DNA of 64,000 nt from Terriglobia bacterium (GTDB lineage Bacteria; Acidobacteriota; Terriglobia; JAJPHL01; JAPKYU01): positions 672,001-736,000 of the forward strand of contig CBDBKE010000003.1 of assembly GCA_965206645.1 (NCBI GenBank), in the 5' to 3' direction. Both the position numbers and the translations under genes were made by a program. Each line of letters opens with the position of its first letter. Position 1 is the first letter of the stretch. The notes under the pieces are model-generated. The model was not told where the DNA came from and did not search any database. It worked only from the letters and a program-made list of their open reading frames with translations. Shown piece after piece: positions 18,559-29,088 of the stretch.

Positions 18559-19965
18559 TCAACGTACCGTTGGTGTGTCCGGATGCGGAGTTGCGTGGTA
18601 AAGGTAGCGGGTTCCGCCAGCGAGCGCGAGGTTGCGTCCCACGCAGAAGAACTTGTGCAGGCAACTCTCAAATGAGGGACGGCCATAGTCGTCGTAGGTG
18701 TCGTCTTTGTTGAGCAGAAGCTGACGAACCATGGGATCGTCTTTGCTCACGAACTCGATGATCAGGGAAGTCTCCAAGCTGGACAACCACGCAATGAGAG
18801 ACTCCACAGGTATGTTGGCGCTTATAGCCATGTGGTGAATCAAAGCTAAGCACAGCACCAAATCCGGCTTGCCCCGGTCCGGCAGGGACTGGCGCTCGCT
18901 ACCCGCCCATCCCTGCCTGGGAGAAATATTGGCCAGGTTCATCACCAGTGGGAGGATGTTCTGGCAGCGTTCTTTTCCTAGGTTTCGATAAAGGACCTCA
19001 ACAGAAGCATGGTCGGCATCCATGGCGACCACATAGTCAGCGTGTTCGGCAGCGACTCGGCTGAAATGGCCAATGTTGCAGCCTAGATCCCACACCAGAC
19101 GATGTTTCCGGCTGGACACTATTTGGCGGACGAAATCCTCCTTTTGTCGCATGCCAACATCGCTATAGCTGCGAGCTTCATCGTAGTCCACCCAAGTGGA
19201 GTCACTCGCTTCTACCCTCAATTTGTGGATCACATGGCGCAAGCCGCGGAGGTTGTTGACAATCGCACTTTTCGGCAAGCCAGCTGCCTTGATCTTGCTG
19301 CGCACGCTGGTGCGAGCCGCGGCTAGACGCTTCTGCATCACCGCTTGCAAATAAACGTGCGTGAACACTCCGGGGCGAAGCAGGTCCAGAGTTCCAAAAA
19401 GCTGAGAGAAGGTGGCAGGATCCAAACCTTCTAATTGGCTCCGCAGCCAGCTTTGGAACGGAACTTGCTTGTGGGCTTGGAGCATCAGAGGGAAGAGGAA
19501 CATTTTGCAAAATTGGTTGTAGCCGATCCAGGGTTCACCGAGGTTGAAGCGGGCGAATGAGAGAACGTCGATGAAGATGGGGCGGGCTCCTATGTACTGG
19601 ACGTTAAAGGCCGAGGAGTCTTTGAGGATCAGATCGTGAGAGAGGCACCTTTCCAGTATATCGAGATGCAGGAGGGCGGCGTCCTTGAGCATCCCAAACG
19701 GCCACTCGTATGGGTAGGAGACAAAAGGGACGCGCTCGTGTTCGACCACAGCCCTGCTTGCATCCACGACCTGCTCCAGAAACATGGAGCGCACGTCTAC
19801 CGCATGAGTTGGGATTAGTAGACGATCTTTCTGCAAATCCTGGAACAAAGGCGAAGCCGAAAAGCAGTTCCAGTCTTCCAGCGAATGTTGACCAATGGCA
19901 CGGAAGACCTTCCCATCCATCAGAAAAATAAAGCCCCCTGGGTCCCGGTACGAGCCGGCGTCCAC
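18559..19965 (-). CDS. NoeA-like kinase-like / class I SAM methyltransferase protein
   Basis: SYRDPGG, SYPYEW, LKDSSAFN, FID; C-terminal WDLGCNIG, LALIHH, IEFV. Confidence 0.85.
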   Translation of the reverse strand: MDAGSYRDPGGFIFLMDGKVFRAIGQHSLEDWNCFSASPLFQDLQKDRLLIPTHAVDVRSMFLEQVVDASRAVVEHERVPFVSYPYEWPFGMLKDAALLHLDILERCLSHDLILKDSSAFNVQYIGARPIFIDVLSFARFNLGEPWIGYNQFCKMFLFPLMLQAHKQVPFQSWLRSQLEGLDPATFSQLFGTLDLLRPGVFTHVYLQAVMQKRLAAARTSVRSKIKAAGLPKSAIVNNLRGLRHVIHKLRVEASDSTWVDYDEARSYSDVGMRQKEDFVRQIVSSRKHRLVWDLGCNIGHFSRVAAEHADYVVAMDADHASVEVLYRNLGKERCQNILPLVMNLANISPRQGWAGSERQSLPDRGKPDLVLCLALIHHMAISANIPVESLIAWLSSLETSLIIEFVSKDDPMVRQLLLNKDDTYDDYGRPSFESCLHKFFCVGRNLALAGGTRYLYHATPHPDTPTVR

Positions 19966-20199
19966 CTGGATAGCCTTTCCTCCTGGAATCGGGGCCTTGC
20001 CGTGAGGATGAGGCAGGAAATTCGAGCACGGGTTGTTATCGATGACGTGGCTCCTTACGACATGGGAAACAGGGTCAACCTCAACGGAACACGCTGTTGT
20101 AGATCACAGAAATATAGTGGTGGCTCGTGGGCCACAGAAGGCCCTATATGAGAGCTTCCAGGCAATCCATGCTTTCGCCATAAGATATGAACTAGATAA

Positions 20200-20397
20200 T
20201 TACTTCTCTTGTTTCCCAAGGCCAAGCAGTCTGTAAAGCCTTTGCTTGAACAGCCGGAAAAAGACGAATGCCCCGGCCGCACCACCTAGTAGCAACTGTA
20301 ACAGCATGCTTCCTGCGCCCGGATCGACGTATGCGTGGGCGGCTAGTGGATTGGCTAGCAGGGCTAGCAGGGTAAGAATCACGTGAGGGTTCTTCAT
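20200..20397 (-). CDS. Small membrane protein with AHAYVDPGAGS motif
   Basis: Signal-like N-terminus, YxDPGxGS, TM helix, basic tail. Confidence 0.75.
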   Translation of the reverse strand: MKNPHVILTLLALLANPLAAHAYVDPGAGSMLLQLLLGGAAGAFVFFRLFKQRLYRLLGLGKQEK

Positions 20398-21684
20398 TCA
20401 AGCACCCCAAAGCAGTCTAAAGATCGTGCAACGCTTCATAGAAGCCATCTATCTACCCAGAGAATACCATTCTAGAGGATGATGGGCATAGCATGAATCT
20501 GCCAGCTCCGGCCCGGGTTGCCGCGAACGACAAAGTGAGTCGCCAGTTGCTGCTACTCAAGCGGGTCCAAGCCGACATAGGCGAACACTATTGACAGGTG
20601 GCGCCGATCCATTTCAACTTTCAGCGCTTTGCCCATGGCAAACTCAATCGTGTTGACCTCCTTGCGCGGCAGTTCGTCCGGCACTGAGATGACGTGCCTT
20701 TTGCTTCCAGTCAACTCCTGCTCGCCCAATTTGGCGAGCGCCTTGCCATTGATGGAAACCTCAACAGATTGCCCCGTGATCTCGGGCGGTACGTGGGTTT
20801 CGAACACCAGTTGAGCCCTCCCCGCCGTCGGAAAGGAAAGATAGACGCGGGCGAGTTTGCCCACAACCCAGCGCATTGGTCGGCCATGGGTCTCCAACCC
20901 GCTGAAGCCTACGGCGAAACTACGGAAATTCTCGCGATTCATCGGCAGGACCGACGGACTCTCTCCGATGTCGGACAAGTTGGGCAAGATCCAGCCGTAC
21001 TCATTAAATAGATTGCCACGAATACGATACCGCTGCATGTTTGGCAGTACCTGCAACAGAGCGACTCTTGAGAGGAACTCGTGCGAAAAATACTGCCGCT
21101 CACGCTTGGCTCTCTCATCGAGATGGAACATCGGAATGCCAGAGAATTCGCCATGCAGTTTGAAAGCGTCGTTGATAGTCGCCGGAACGTCACCGATACT
21201 CACCGGAGCAGTAGAGAATTTCAGAGGTCCCCGCGTCCTCAGCGGTTTTACCAACATAACCGGGTTTGCGACAGCCATCAGGTATTCGGGTATGATCGCT
21301 CCCACTTGAGAGGGGGACGGTATCGACGGTGACAGCCATGGGCTACCGTGGTCACCGTGCACTATAATGAGGGTTTCATCGTAGACACCAAGTCGGTTGA
21401 GAGTTTGAATCAGATGCTCTAATTGCAATAGACAACAGGTGACCGGCGCGCGTGCGTTGTCGTAATTCGACTCTCGCGTCCCAACGTAGTTACACCTGTC
21501 GTCAAACTGCATCGGTGGGTGTCCGCCAGGATGATGAAAATAGTTGTAAGAGGCAGGACGGTTATCCGTGGTCATCCTCTCAATGAACAGATCTAGAATG
21601 CCTGAATAAGTGCGAGTGTCACTTGCTAGGCGGCTTAGAAACCATTGCTCCTCATTGTAAATATGGCGGCGAATTGCGAGAGGC

Positions 21685-22964
21685 TGACCTGCCGGCTTTC
21701 TTCGGACCACCGATTACTGGAGAACAGCGCCAGTCGGCATGGTTAAGTCGCTCTCGTGTTCTTCTTGGTCAGCGTGAGCCGGCATCGCCGGCGAGCGCCC
21801 ACCGTCATCCGAGCCAGCACGGAGCTGCGCTTTGAACTCGGCTGGCGTCAGATAGCCAAGGCTCGAGTGCGGTCGCACGTCGTTGTAGTGCCGTCGCCAT
21901 TGCTCGATCCCCACCTTCGCGTCCACGCGGTTCCGAAACCACTGCAGGCTCAGATACTCGTCGCGGAACTTCCCGTTGAACGATTCGTCGGTCGCATTCT
22001 GCCACGGCTTGCCCGGCTCGATGAGCGCGGTTTCGATCTGCGCCTGGAGCAGCCACCGGAGAATCGCACCCGCGACAAACTCGGGGCCGTTGTCGGACCG
22101 GAGGTAACGTGGGGCTCCGTGGACGCTCACGAGCTGCGTGAGCACCTCGATAACGCGCCCGGACCGAATGCCGCCGGCCACGTCGATCGCGAGTGACTCG
22201 CGGGTCCATTCGTCGACGACGGTGAGGCACTTGAGCGTCTGCCCATTCGCGCAGGTGTCGAACACGAAGTTGTACGCCCAGACGTGATTGACCGCAGTGG
22301 CGGGCACCGGGCGGGGCCGGCTCAGGGCGACCCGGCGCCGCGGCCGCCGCCGAGGCACCTGCAACCCCGCCTGGCGCCAGAGGCGATGGGTCCGGTCCGT
22401 GCTCATCGTGTGCCCTTCGCGTTTTAGGAAAATCCGAATCCGGCGATAGCCGTACCGCGGATACTGCGCCGCCAGACGACGCATCGCGGCCAGCGCCGGG
22501 GCATCCCGGTCGACCAGCCGCGACTGGTAGCCCAGCGTGGACCGTGCGACGGAGAGCAAGGCGCACGCGCGGCGACCCGACAGACCGCGTGCACGTGCAT
22601 ACGCGACCTGCGGCCGGCGCACGCGTGCGCCTACCATTTTTTTCGGGTGATCTCCTTGAGCACGTCGATCTCCAGATCTCGATCGGCCACCATCTTTTCC
22701 AGCCGGCCGTTCTCCTGCTCGAGCTGCCGCAGCCGCTTCACATCGGCGGGCTCCAACGTGCCGAAGTGTTTCCGCCAGGCGTAGAGCGTCTGGGCGCTGA
22801 CGCCGTTCTTTTTGGCCACCTCCGGAACGGGCCGCTGATCGGCCTCGCGGAGGATCGTCACCATCTGCTCTTCGGTAAACCGGGTCTTCTTCATGGCTCC
22901 CTCGTTTCTCCGAGGGCGCCATTCTCTCAGGCTTCAGCTGGTCCGGAAATCGCCAGGCAGGTCA
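21685..22964 (-). mobile_element. IS3-family element (IS407-like)
   Basis: TGACCTGCC...GGCAGGTCA IRs, 4-bp TSD AGGC. Confidence 0.93.
21714..22894 (-). CDS. IS3 transposase OrfAB with -1 frameshift (orfA 22631-22894)
   Basis: MKKTRFTEEQ HTH; A7 slippery run at orfA end; rve domain (RSDNGPEF, PGKPWQN, ESFNGKFRDE). Confidence 0.9.
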
Positions 22965-23357
22965 AGGCGCTACGCGAAACAATGCGACATCTAGCAGTTC
23001 CAGGGCGGTCTTTGCAGTGTTCGCCATGCCGACGGATTTAATTGGCAGCCCATCGAAAATCCTCCCGCCTGTACAGGCGGTGTACATTCCCTCGCAGCTG
23101 AGTTCACCGAACTGAAAACCGAAGGCCTTGAAGCCTTTCCCTGCTAGTGTGTTTACGATCGAATGTTCCCTGAGAGTTGTGCGGATATAGTCCCATGTGT
23201 ACGGCTGAGACGGAACCATATCTCGGCTAGGATCGGGGGCGCGGCCAGTCATGTAGAAGGGGACCGAGGCATAGGTGCTCGGATATCGGCCAGCTGCATG
23301 GGTGAAGAGGTGTCAAGGGCGGAGTAAAACTAGACCACTCCGGCGGAGAGAAAGTAG

Positions 23358-25016
23358 CCGGAATTTCCATTTTGAGCTTCCCCTTCACCCGAAAACCTAT
23401 GCCTCTTACCCTGTCGTGTCAATCGCAAATCGCCCGGGCCTCTTTGAGGTGGTAGTGCGGCACATTTTGGCTGTTCTTCGGAGTCGCTGTGCGGGTTTCG
23501 CCTGCCCAGCCTGCCTCGCCGCTGACACTTGTCCGGCCCGACCACTTCTGAGCACCTAAAATTACCCTCTCTCCTGGGTCGCTAGCCGTCTGGCAGCGGC
23601 AGTGCCGAGATCGTTCGCAGCATGCTGCTGAACAGCCTCCGGCTCAAGTGCCCTTCGGCCAGCAAAAGCCAGTAATATCGCGCATGTTTCACCAGCCGTC
23701 CGCCCGTTTTCACCAGCCGCTGCTGCAAACTCGTCAGCGACCAGTTGTTGATCCTCTTCGGTAGCACCAGCCGCCGCCACAGGTTTCCCAAGTTGTAGGC
23801 GATCAGGCTCAGCCATAGGCGCACCTCGTTCGACCGAAACCGATGGCAACTCAGCCGGGTCATCTTTACCGCCTGCTTGCCTTCCTTGATCCATTGCTCT
23901 GCGGTGCCCCGCTTGTTGTAGAACCGGACCACCGCCCGGCTGTCGGTCTCCAGATTGGTGACGATGAACCCCACGCGAGGGAACAGTTCGCCAAAGTGGA
24001 ACTCCACCTTCGCCACCACCCGCCGCGCCTTTTTCCAACTGGCTGCCTGGTAGAGAAAGCTCTTGTACCAGACCACCGGCTTGTGGCTCGGTCGCCCCAC
24101 TGACCGCGTCAACAACTCCGCGATGTCCCTCTCCAGACTGTCGTTGGCCGGGATGCGAATCGCATACTTCACGTCCCGCTCCTCCAGTGCGTCGTAGATC
24201 TCCGGCTTGGCGAAGGCGGCGTCGGCGCGAAACACCACTTCCTTGCCCAGCTTCTGCTGCCGTTCGATCTCTGGCAGGAGAAGTTCTTCCCAATCCTCGG
24301 CGCTGTGCACGTTGCCGGGTCGCAGCTTGGCCGCCAGACAGTCACCCTCGCGACTGAACAGCAACAACGGGTGATAGCAACTCGACTCGAAATGCCCGTT
24401 GTAGGCGCTCTGCTCCTGTTCGCCGTAGACCGGGATCTCGGTGCTGTCCATGTCCAGCACCACCCGGCGCGGCGCATCCATAGCTTCCGCCCTGGCGATC
24501 AAATCCCGGTTGATCGCTGCCAAACCAGCAAGGTTCTCGTCTTGCGTCAGCAGTTCTGTCTCGAACGACTGTAACCGGGAAGTCAGGGCTGCGCCACGTT
24601 CCCAGATCTTCTCCGAACCGATCAGCCGGAACGTCGGATCTTGGGAAAGCCGCTCGGCGTCGTTGACGTCTTCGTATCCTGCCAAGCGGCTGTAGATGGA
24701 CTGCCGCAGCAAGTCAGCGAGGGGCAACCGGGTGTTCTTCCCCCGAGAGTCGATCAAGTGCTGTTCGATAAGTTCGCCGAACCCCAAACGTTCGTCCAAC
24801 TCGCGCACCACAATCAGACCGCCGTCGGAAGTGATTCGCGATCCCTGAAATGTGACCCGCAGAAACCGGTTGAATGACAGTTGAAACGCCTGTTTTTGGC
24901 TCTCACCCATTCGGTGTACACCTCCGGAAGGCAATGTTGATGCTGGAACCCGCATCAATACTGACGTTGGAGTCATTCAGAAGGTTGCCGCCGATAGTTC
25001 ATAAAGGAAATCCGGG
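23358..25016 (-). mobile_element. IS1380-family element (diverged from copies 1 and 2)
   Basis: CCGGAATTTCC / GGAAATCCGGG ends, 5-bp TSD AGTAG. Confidence 0.93.
23582..24910 (-). CDS. IS1380-family transposase
   Basis: Same motifs as 13018-14346, diverged sequence. Confidence 0.95.
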   Translation of the reverse strand: MGESQKQAFQLSFNRFLRVTFQGSRITSDGGLIVVRELDERLGFGELIEQHLIDSRGKNTRLPLADLLRQSIYSRLAGYEDVNDAERLSQDPTFRLIGSEKIWERGAALTSRLQSFETELLTQDENLAGLAAINRDLIARAEAMDAPRRVVLDMDSTEIPVYGEQEQSAYNGHFESSCYHPLLLFSREGDCLAAKLRPGNVHSAEDWEELLLPEIERQQKLGKEVVFRADAAFAKPEIYDALEERDVKYAIRIPANDSLERDIAELLTRSVGRPSHKPVVWYKSFLYQAASWKKARRVVAKVEFHFGELFPRVGFIVTNLETDSRAVVRFYNKRGTAEQWIKEGKQAVKMTRLSCHRFRSNEVRLWLSLIAYNLGNLWRRLVLPKRINNWSLTSLQQRLVKTGGRLVKHARYYWLLLAEGHLSRRLFSSMLRTISALPLPDG

Positions 25017-25164
25017 AGTAGACCAGTTCAGGGGTGGTGGAAGCTTTGATTTGAGAGGGAGTTGCGGGGGCGGTTGGAGCGGAGGCCTGCGACGCCCGCA
25101 GGGCGGCGCGGTTAGGCCGGAGTGGAAGCCGCCCTCGCAACTCGTCGCCCAGTATTGGGTGAGA

Positions 25165-25929
25165 TCAGGCGCGAGGCTTTCCGGAACGCCTTCGTTTGCT
25201 GTCCTTGAGCCGGTAACTTTCCCCGTTCATCTCCAGGATGTGGACATGGTGGGTGAGACGATCCAGCAGGGCTCCGGTCAGCCGCTCCGATCCGAAGGCC
25301 TCCGTCCATTCGTTGAACGGCAGGTTGCTGGTCACCACGGTGGCGCTGCGTTCGTAGCGCCGGCTGAAGACCTCAAACAGCAACTCCGCCCCAGTCTTGG
25401 ATAGCGGCACGAAACCCAGCTCGTCAATGATCAACAGCTCGAAACTGGAGAGCATCTTCTGGAACCGCATCAGGCGCCGCTCGTCCTTGGCCTCGATCAG
25501 CTCATGCGCCAGGGAGGCCGCCGTAGTGAACCGGACCCGGAACCCTTTCTGACAGGCGGCCAGTCCCAGCGCCAACACAATGTGGGTTTTTCCCGTGCCC
25601 GAGTTCCCTAAAGCCAGGATGTTCTCCTTGCGTTCGATGAACTCGCCTCGGGCCAGCTCGAGCACCAAGGCCTTATTCAGCGACGGAAGGGCCAGGAAAT
25701 CGAAACTGTCGAGGCTCTTCACCACGTCGAACCTGGCTTGGTGAATGCGCCGCTCGGTGGCGCGCCGTTCCCGGTCCAGCAGCTCCAGCTCCGTCAACCG
25801 CAGCAGGTAGCGCGGGAAGTCCACGCCCTCGGCAGCGCACTGCTGCGCCACCTTGTCGTACTCACGCAAAAAGGTGGGTAATTGCAGGGCCTTCAGATGG
25901 TGTTCCAGCAACACCTGGGGCGTGTCCAT
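25165..25929 (-). CDS. istB: IS21 helper ATPase IstB
   Basis: GNSGTGKTH Walker A, LIIDELG, LLDRLTHH, GESYR. Confidence 0.95.
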   Translation of the reverse strand: MDTPQVLLEHHLKALQLPTFLREYDKVAQQCAAEGVDFPRYLLRLTELELLDRERRATERRIHQARFDVVKSLDSFDFLALPSLNKALVLELARGEFIERKENILALGNSGTGKTHIVLALGLAACQKGFRVRFTTAASLAHELIEAKDERRLMRFQKMLSSFELLIIDELGFVPLSKTGAELLFEVFSRRYERSATVVTSNLPFNEWTEAFGSERLTGALLDRLTHHVHILEMNGESYRLKDSKRRRSGKPRA

Positions 25930-27428
25930 CAGCAGACTCCTTCCCGGAGCAGGGTCAGATAGTCGGCGGCGGCTGTGGTGGCCACCTGCGTCGCCGGCAG
26001 GTGCGGATAGTGCTCCAGGTCCAGCCGCGCCGGCCGCTGCTCGATCCGGCCCAGCAGCAGATGCTTGACCGCGTCAGACCAGATCGCCCCCAGCCGCAAG
26101 GCGTCCTCGACGGCCAGCGACACTTCCGTCCAACGGAACGTCTCCAGCCGTCGCAGGACCTGCACATACTCCCGCTTGCCCTTCTTGCCTAACCGCGCCT
26201 CCATCAGCCGCCGCAGTTGCGCGAAGCCTTCCGGCAACTCCCAGCCGGCCAGGGGGGCGGCCTGGTTCAACGCGTTCGGCTTCTGCTCCAGCAGCGCCAG
26301 ATAGTGCAACGGATCGAAGATCATCTCTTCCCGTTCCTAGCTCCGGACATGGCGTGCGATCACTTCGCTCGCTGCACAGATCACCACTTCCTCGACGAAT
26401 CCCTTCACCAGCACCTCCCGGTGCCCCCAAGCCACCGGCACCGAATAGTCGTTGGATCGATACCGCACCAGCGACAGTGACGTCACCCGTGTGGTCCGTT
26501 TGTCGCAGGCCTCATAGGGCGTCGCCGGCAGGGGCAGCAGCCTCTGTTGATCCTTCGCGAACCGCTCGCCGATCGTCTCTTGATGTCCTCGCAGACGCCG
26601 CTCTCGCCGCCGGGTGCACTGTTCCCGCAGCTTCGCGTGCAACTCCTCCCAGCTGGCACACCGCGGCACCGGCACCAGGAAGTTCCGCCGCACGTAACCC
26701 ACTAGTCCTTCCACTTTCCCTTTGTCATTGCCCTTGCCCGGTCGTCCGAACTTCTCCGCAAACAGGTAGTGACTCTGCAGTTCGGAGAACGCCCGCGTCT
26801 TGTTCCGTGTTCCGTCACCCAGGATCTGCCTCACCGCCAGCTTGGTGTTGTCGTACAGGATCGTGCGAGGCACTCCGCCGAAGTAGCCGAACGCCTGGTT
26901 GTGCCCTTCTAAGAACGCTTCGGTCGTCTCAGCCGGAAACGCCATCACGAAGCAGTCGTCCGATTGCGGCAGCTCCATCACGAAATAGTGCGCCTTGCGC
27001 TCCACCCCGCCGATCACCACTTGCGCTTCGCCAAAGTCGGCCTGGGCCTCCCCCGGTGGATGCTCTAGCGGCACGAACATCTCCCGCTGGCTCAGCTTCC
27101 GCAGCCGCACGTAGTCCTTCACGATGGTGTAGCCGCCCGGGAATCCGTGCTCCTCCCGCAGCCGCTCAAAAACCCGCTTGGCCGTGTGGCGTTGCTTCTT
27201 GCTCTGGGCCTTATCTTGCTCCAGGATCTGGTCGATGATCCCCACCCAGGCATCCAGCTTCGGCCGCCGCGCCGGCTGCTGCCGCCGATAGCCCGGAGGG
27301 ATCGAGTACCGCAGCATCTTGCGGACCGTCTCGCGGGCTAGCCCGAACTGCCGCGCCGCCTCCCGTTCACTGATCCCCTCAGCCTGAACTGCTCGTCGAA
27401 CACGCGCATAGAGTTCCACTGTGTGCAC
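25929..27428 (-). pseudogene. istA: IS21 transposase IstA with in-frame TAG at 26337-26339
   Basis: AQADFG, YDN, KGKVE; same frame continues S*EREEMIFDPLHY. Confidence 0.9.
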
Positions 27429-27517
27429 ACCTCCGGTGTTTCACAAAACACATCAGAATCACAATGTTTCCTCTTTATCCCCTTGACATACTTACAGGGG
27501 GCTGCTAGATTGGCCGG

Positions 27518-28039
27518 ATGCAGAAGCGAAAACTCTTGCAAGCCGTGTTCGGCATTAAAGATTTATTTGAAATCGCCTGTTGGGCAGTACCCTCTGGTGC
27601 TATCGGGGCGATTGTTGGGGGCATCATGAATGCGCTGGGATTATCTCCGGAAACATCCATCATGTTTGTTGTTGGTGCGTTCTTATTGGCCCTGTCTTTT
27701 CTGCCTAGAGTGAAGGGCATAAGAAGGCTATTTGGACTGGCTACAGACCGCCCTGAAACAAAGTTAAAGGCCGTGCATGGTCTGAAGGTAAAGAACCAGA
27801 CTATCTCACTGGACTGGAAGAGTTTCTATAATTGTGAATTCGAGTCGTGTACTTTCCGTTGGAATGGAGGTTTTTGGCTGATGCGCGATTGCAAGATGTC
27901 GGGCACAAAGCGCATCGAAACACAAAATAAAACCGCTCTTCTAACAATAGAGACGCTAAGAATCTTCGGCTTTTTAGAGCCTGGATTTGCTGCAAGCTGG
28001 AAGATGCTTCCGGAAGAACATTTTAACTTAATGCAATGA
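27518..28039 (+). CDS. IS1595 passenger: 2-TM hypothetical with LDxxxFxNCxFxxC domain
   Basis: AT-richer 173-aa ORF inside the IRs. Confidence 0.75.
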   Translation: MQKRKLLQAVFGIKDLFEIACWAVPSGAIGAIVGGIMNALGLSPETSIMFVVGAFLLALSFLPRVKGIRRLFGLATDRPETKLKAVHGLKVKNQTISLDWKSFYNCEFESCTFRWNGGFWLMRDCKMSGTKRIETQNKTALLTIETLRIFGFLEPGFAASWKMLPEEHFNLMQ

Positions 28040-28081
28040 GTAAACCAAACCGGTTCGATGCTCTGCTTGAAGCGATGATCG

Positions 28082-28939
28082 TTAGAGGCTCGCCACCAGA
28101 TCGGAGAAAATCAAAGCGGGCTGCCGCCTCCGATTGTAGCGATACTCAAACTCCTTCACGTACTTCCAAAGGTGTGTCCGGGAAACGTGGACGTGCGTCC
28201 CGCGAATCGAGTTCTTCAACCGGGACCAAAAGCCCTCGACGGAGTTGACGTGGCAGTTGCCTCTCACATATTCACCCGCGCTATGGTTGACAACGCCATG
28301 CTTGTATCCGGCAGCAGGAAGGCGAAGATAGGAGCGGAGATCGTCTGTATGAACAGTCGAACCAGCCGCCACGTTCTCACGGATCAAGGGCTCCAGGGTG
28401 CGCCGCTTCACGTTCGGAACCACCTTGGTCATAATGTCGCCCCCGCGCTTTGCCATGCCGAAAACAACGGTCTTATTCTTCCGGTATCCGTGGCCCCAGC
28501 CCCGAACGCGGCCTCCGATGTAGGTTTCATCCGCTTCAATCAGGCCTCCCAGGGCAGCCTCGCCGTCAACATCGGCCATGTACTTTCGTATTTCGTGCGC
28601 CATGCGCCACGCCGTTTTGTAAGTAACCTTGAGCTGGCGTTGGAGTTCTCTGGCCGCAACCCCGTGGCGGGAAGTGGAAAACAGGAAGATCGCAAAGAAC
28701 CACTTGTGAAGGGCAATGCGCGACCGCTCCATAGGTGTTCCCACGCAAGGGTAGATGTGGTGTCCACAATACTGGCAGACGTAGTTTCTCTGGTTCTTCA
28801 TGCGGTGAAACTTGCTGTTGCGCTTGCACTTAGGACATTCCAGGCGAGTGCCGCCGTAGCGCGAAACCATGATTTTATGAAGGCAGGCCTCATCATTCGG
28901 AAACTGCTTTTGAAACTCGTAAAAACTTGTCATTCCCAA
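28082..28939 (-). CDS. IS1595-family transposase
   Basis: CPKC..CQYC Zn ribbon, EADETYIGG, VHTDD, VNSVEGFWS, EFEYRYNRR. Confidence 0.95.
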   Translation of the reverse strand: MGMTSFYEFQKQFPNDEACLHKIMVSRYGGTRLECPKCKRNSKFHRMKNQRNYVCQYCGHHIYPCVGTPMERSRIALHKWFFAIFLFSTSRHGVAARELQRQLKVTYKTAWRMAHEIRKYMADVDGEAALGGLIEADETYIGGRVRGWGHGYRKNKTVVFGMAKRGGDIMTKVVPNVKRRTLEPLIRENVAAGSTVHTDDLRSYLRLPAAGYKHGVVNHSAGEYVRGNCHVNSVEGFWSRLKNSIRGTHVHVSRTHLWKYVKEFEYRYNRRRQPALIFSDLVASL

Positions 28940-29088
28940 CCTCCTGCGTACATTCTACAGGAAGTCTATAAGTATGTCAAGGGGATAGTTACGCAATGTT
29001 TGATGGAATCGAACTGCGCTGGTCTAATTTTGCACCGCCAGAAACCGCCGCTTACGCGGCGCTCCCTGGTCTATTATTGCTCCGGCGT

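Larger units (their letters stand above)
20553..23310 (-). pseudogene. Sulfatase/alkaline-phosphatase-superfamily gene, split by IS3 and 5'-truncated by IS21
   Basis: IIVHGDHG, YDETLII, DVPATI; removing IS3 restores the frame FRVAP-LAIRRH; frame is open up to the IS21 end. Confidence 0.85.
27470..28993 (-). mobile_element. IS1595-family element with passenger gene
   Basis: IR core TATCCCCTTGACATACTTA at both ends; 8-bp TSD CAATGTTT (27462-27469, 28994-29001). Confidence 0.92.

Noticed and set aside
26337-26339. Pyrrolysine or programmed readthrough in istA
   Set aside because: No pyl genes seen; a single-base Tyr-to-TAG change in a decayed IS is simpler
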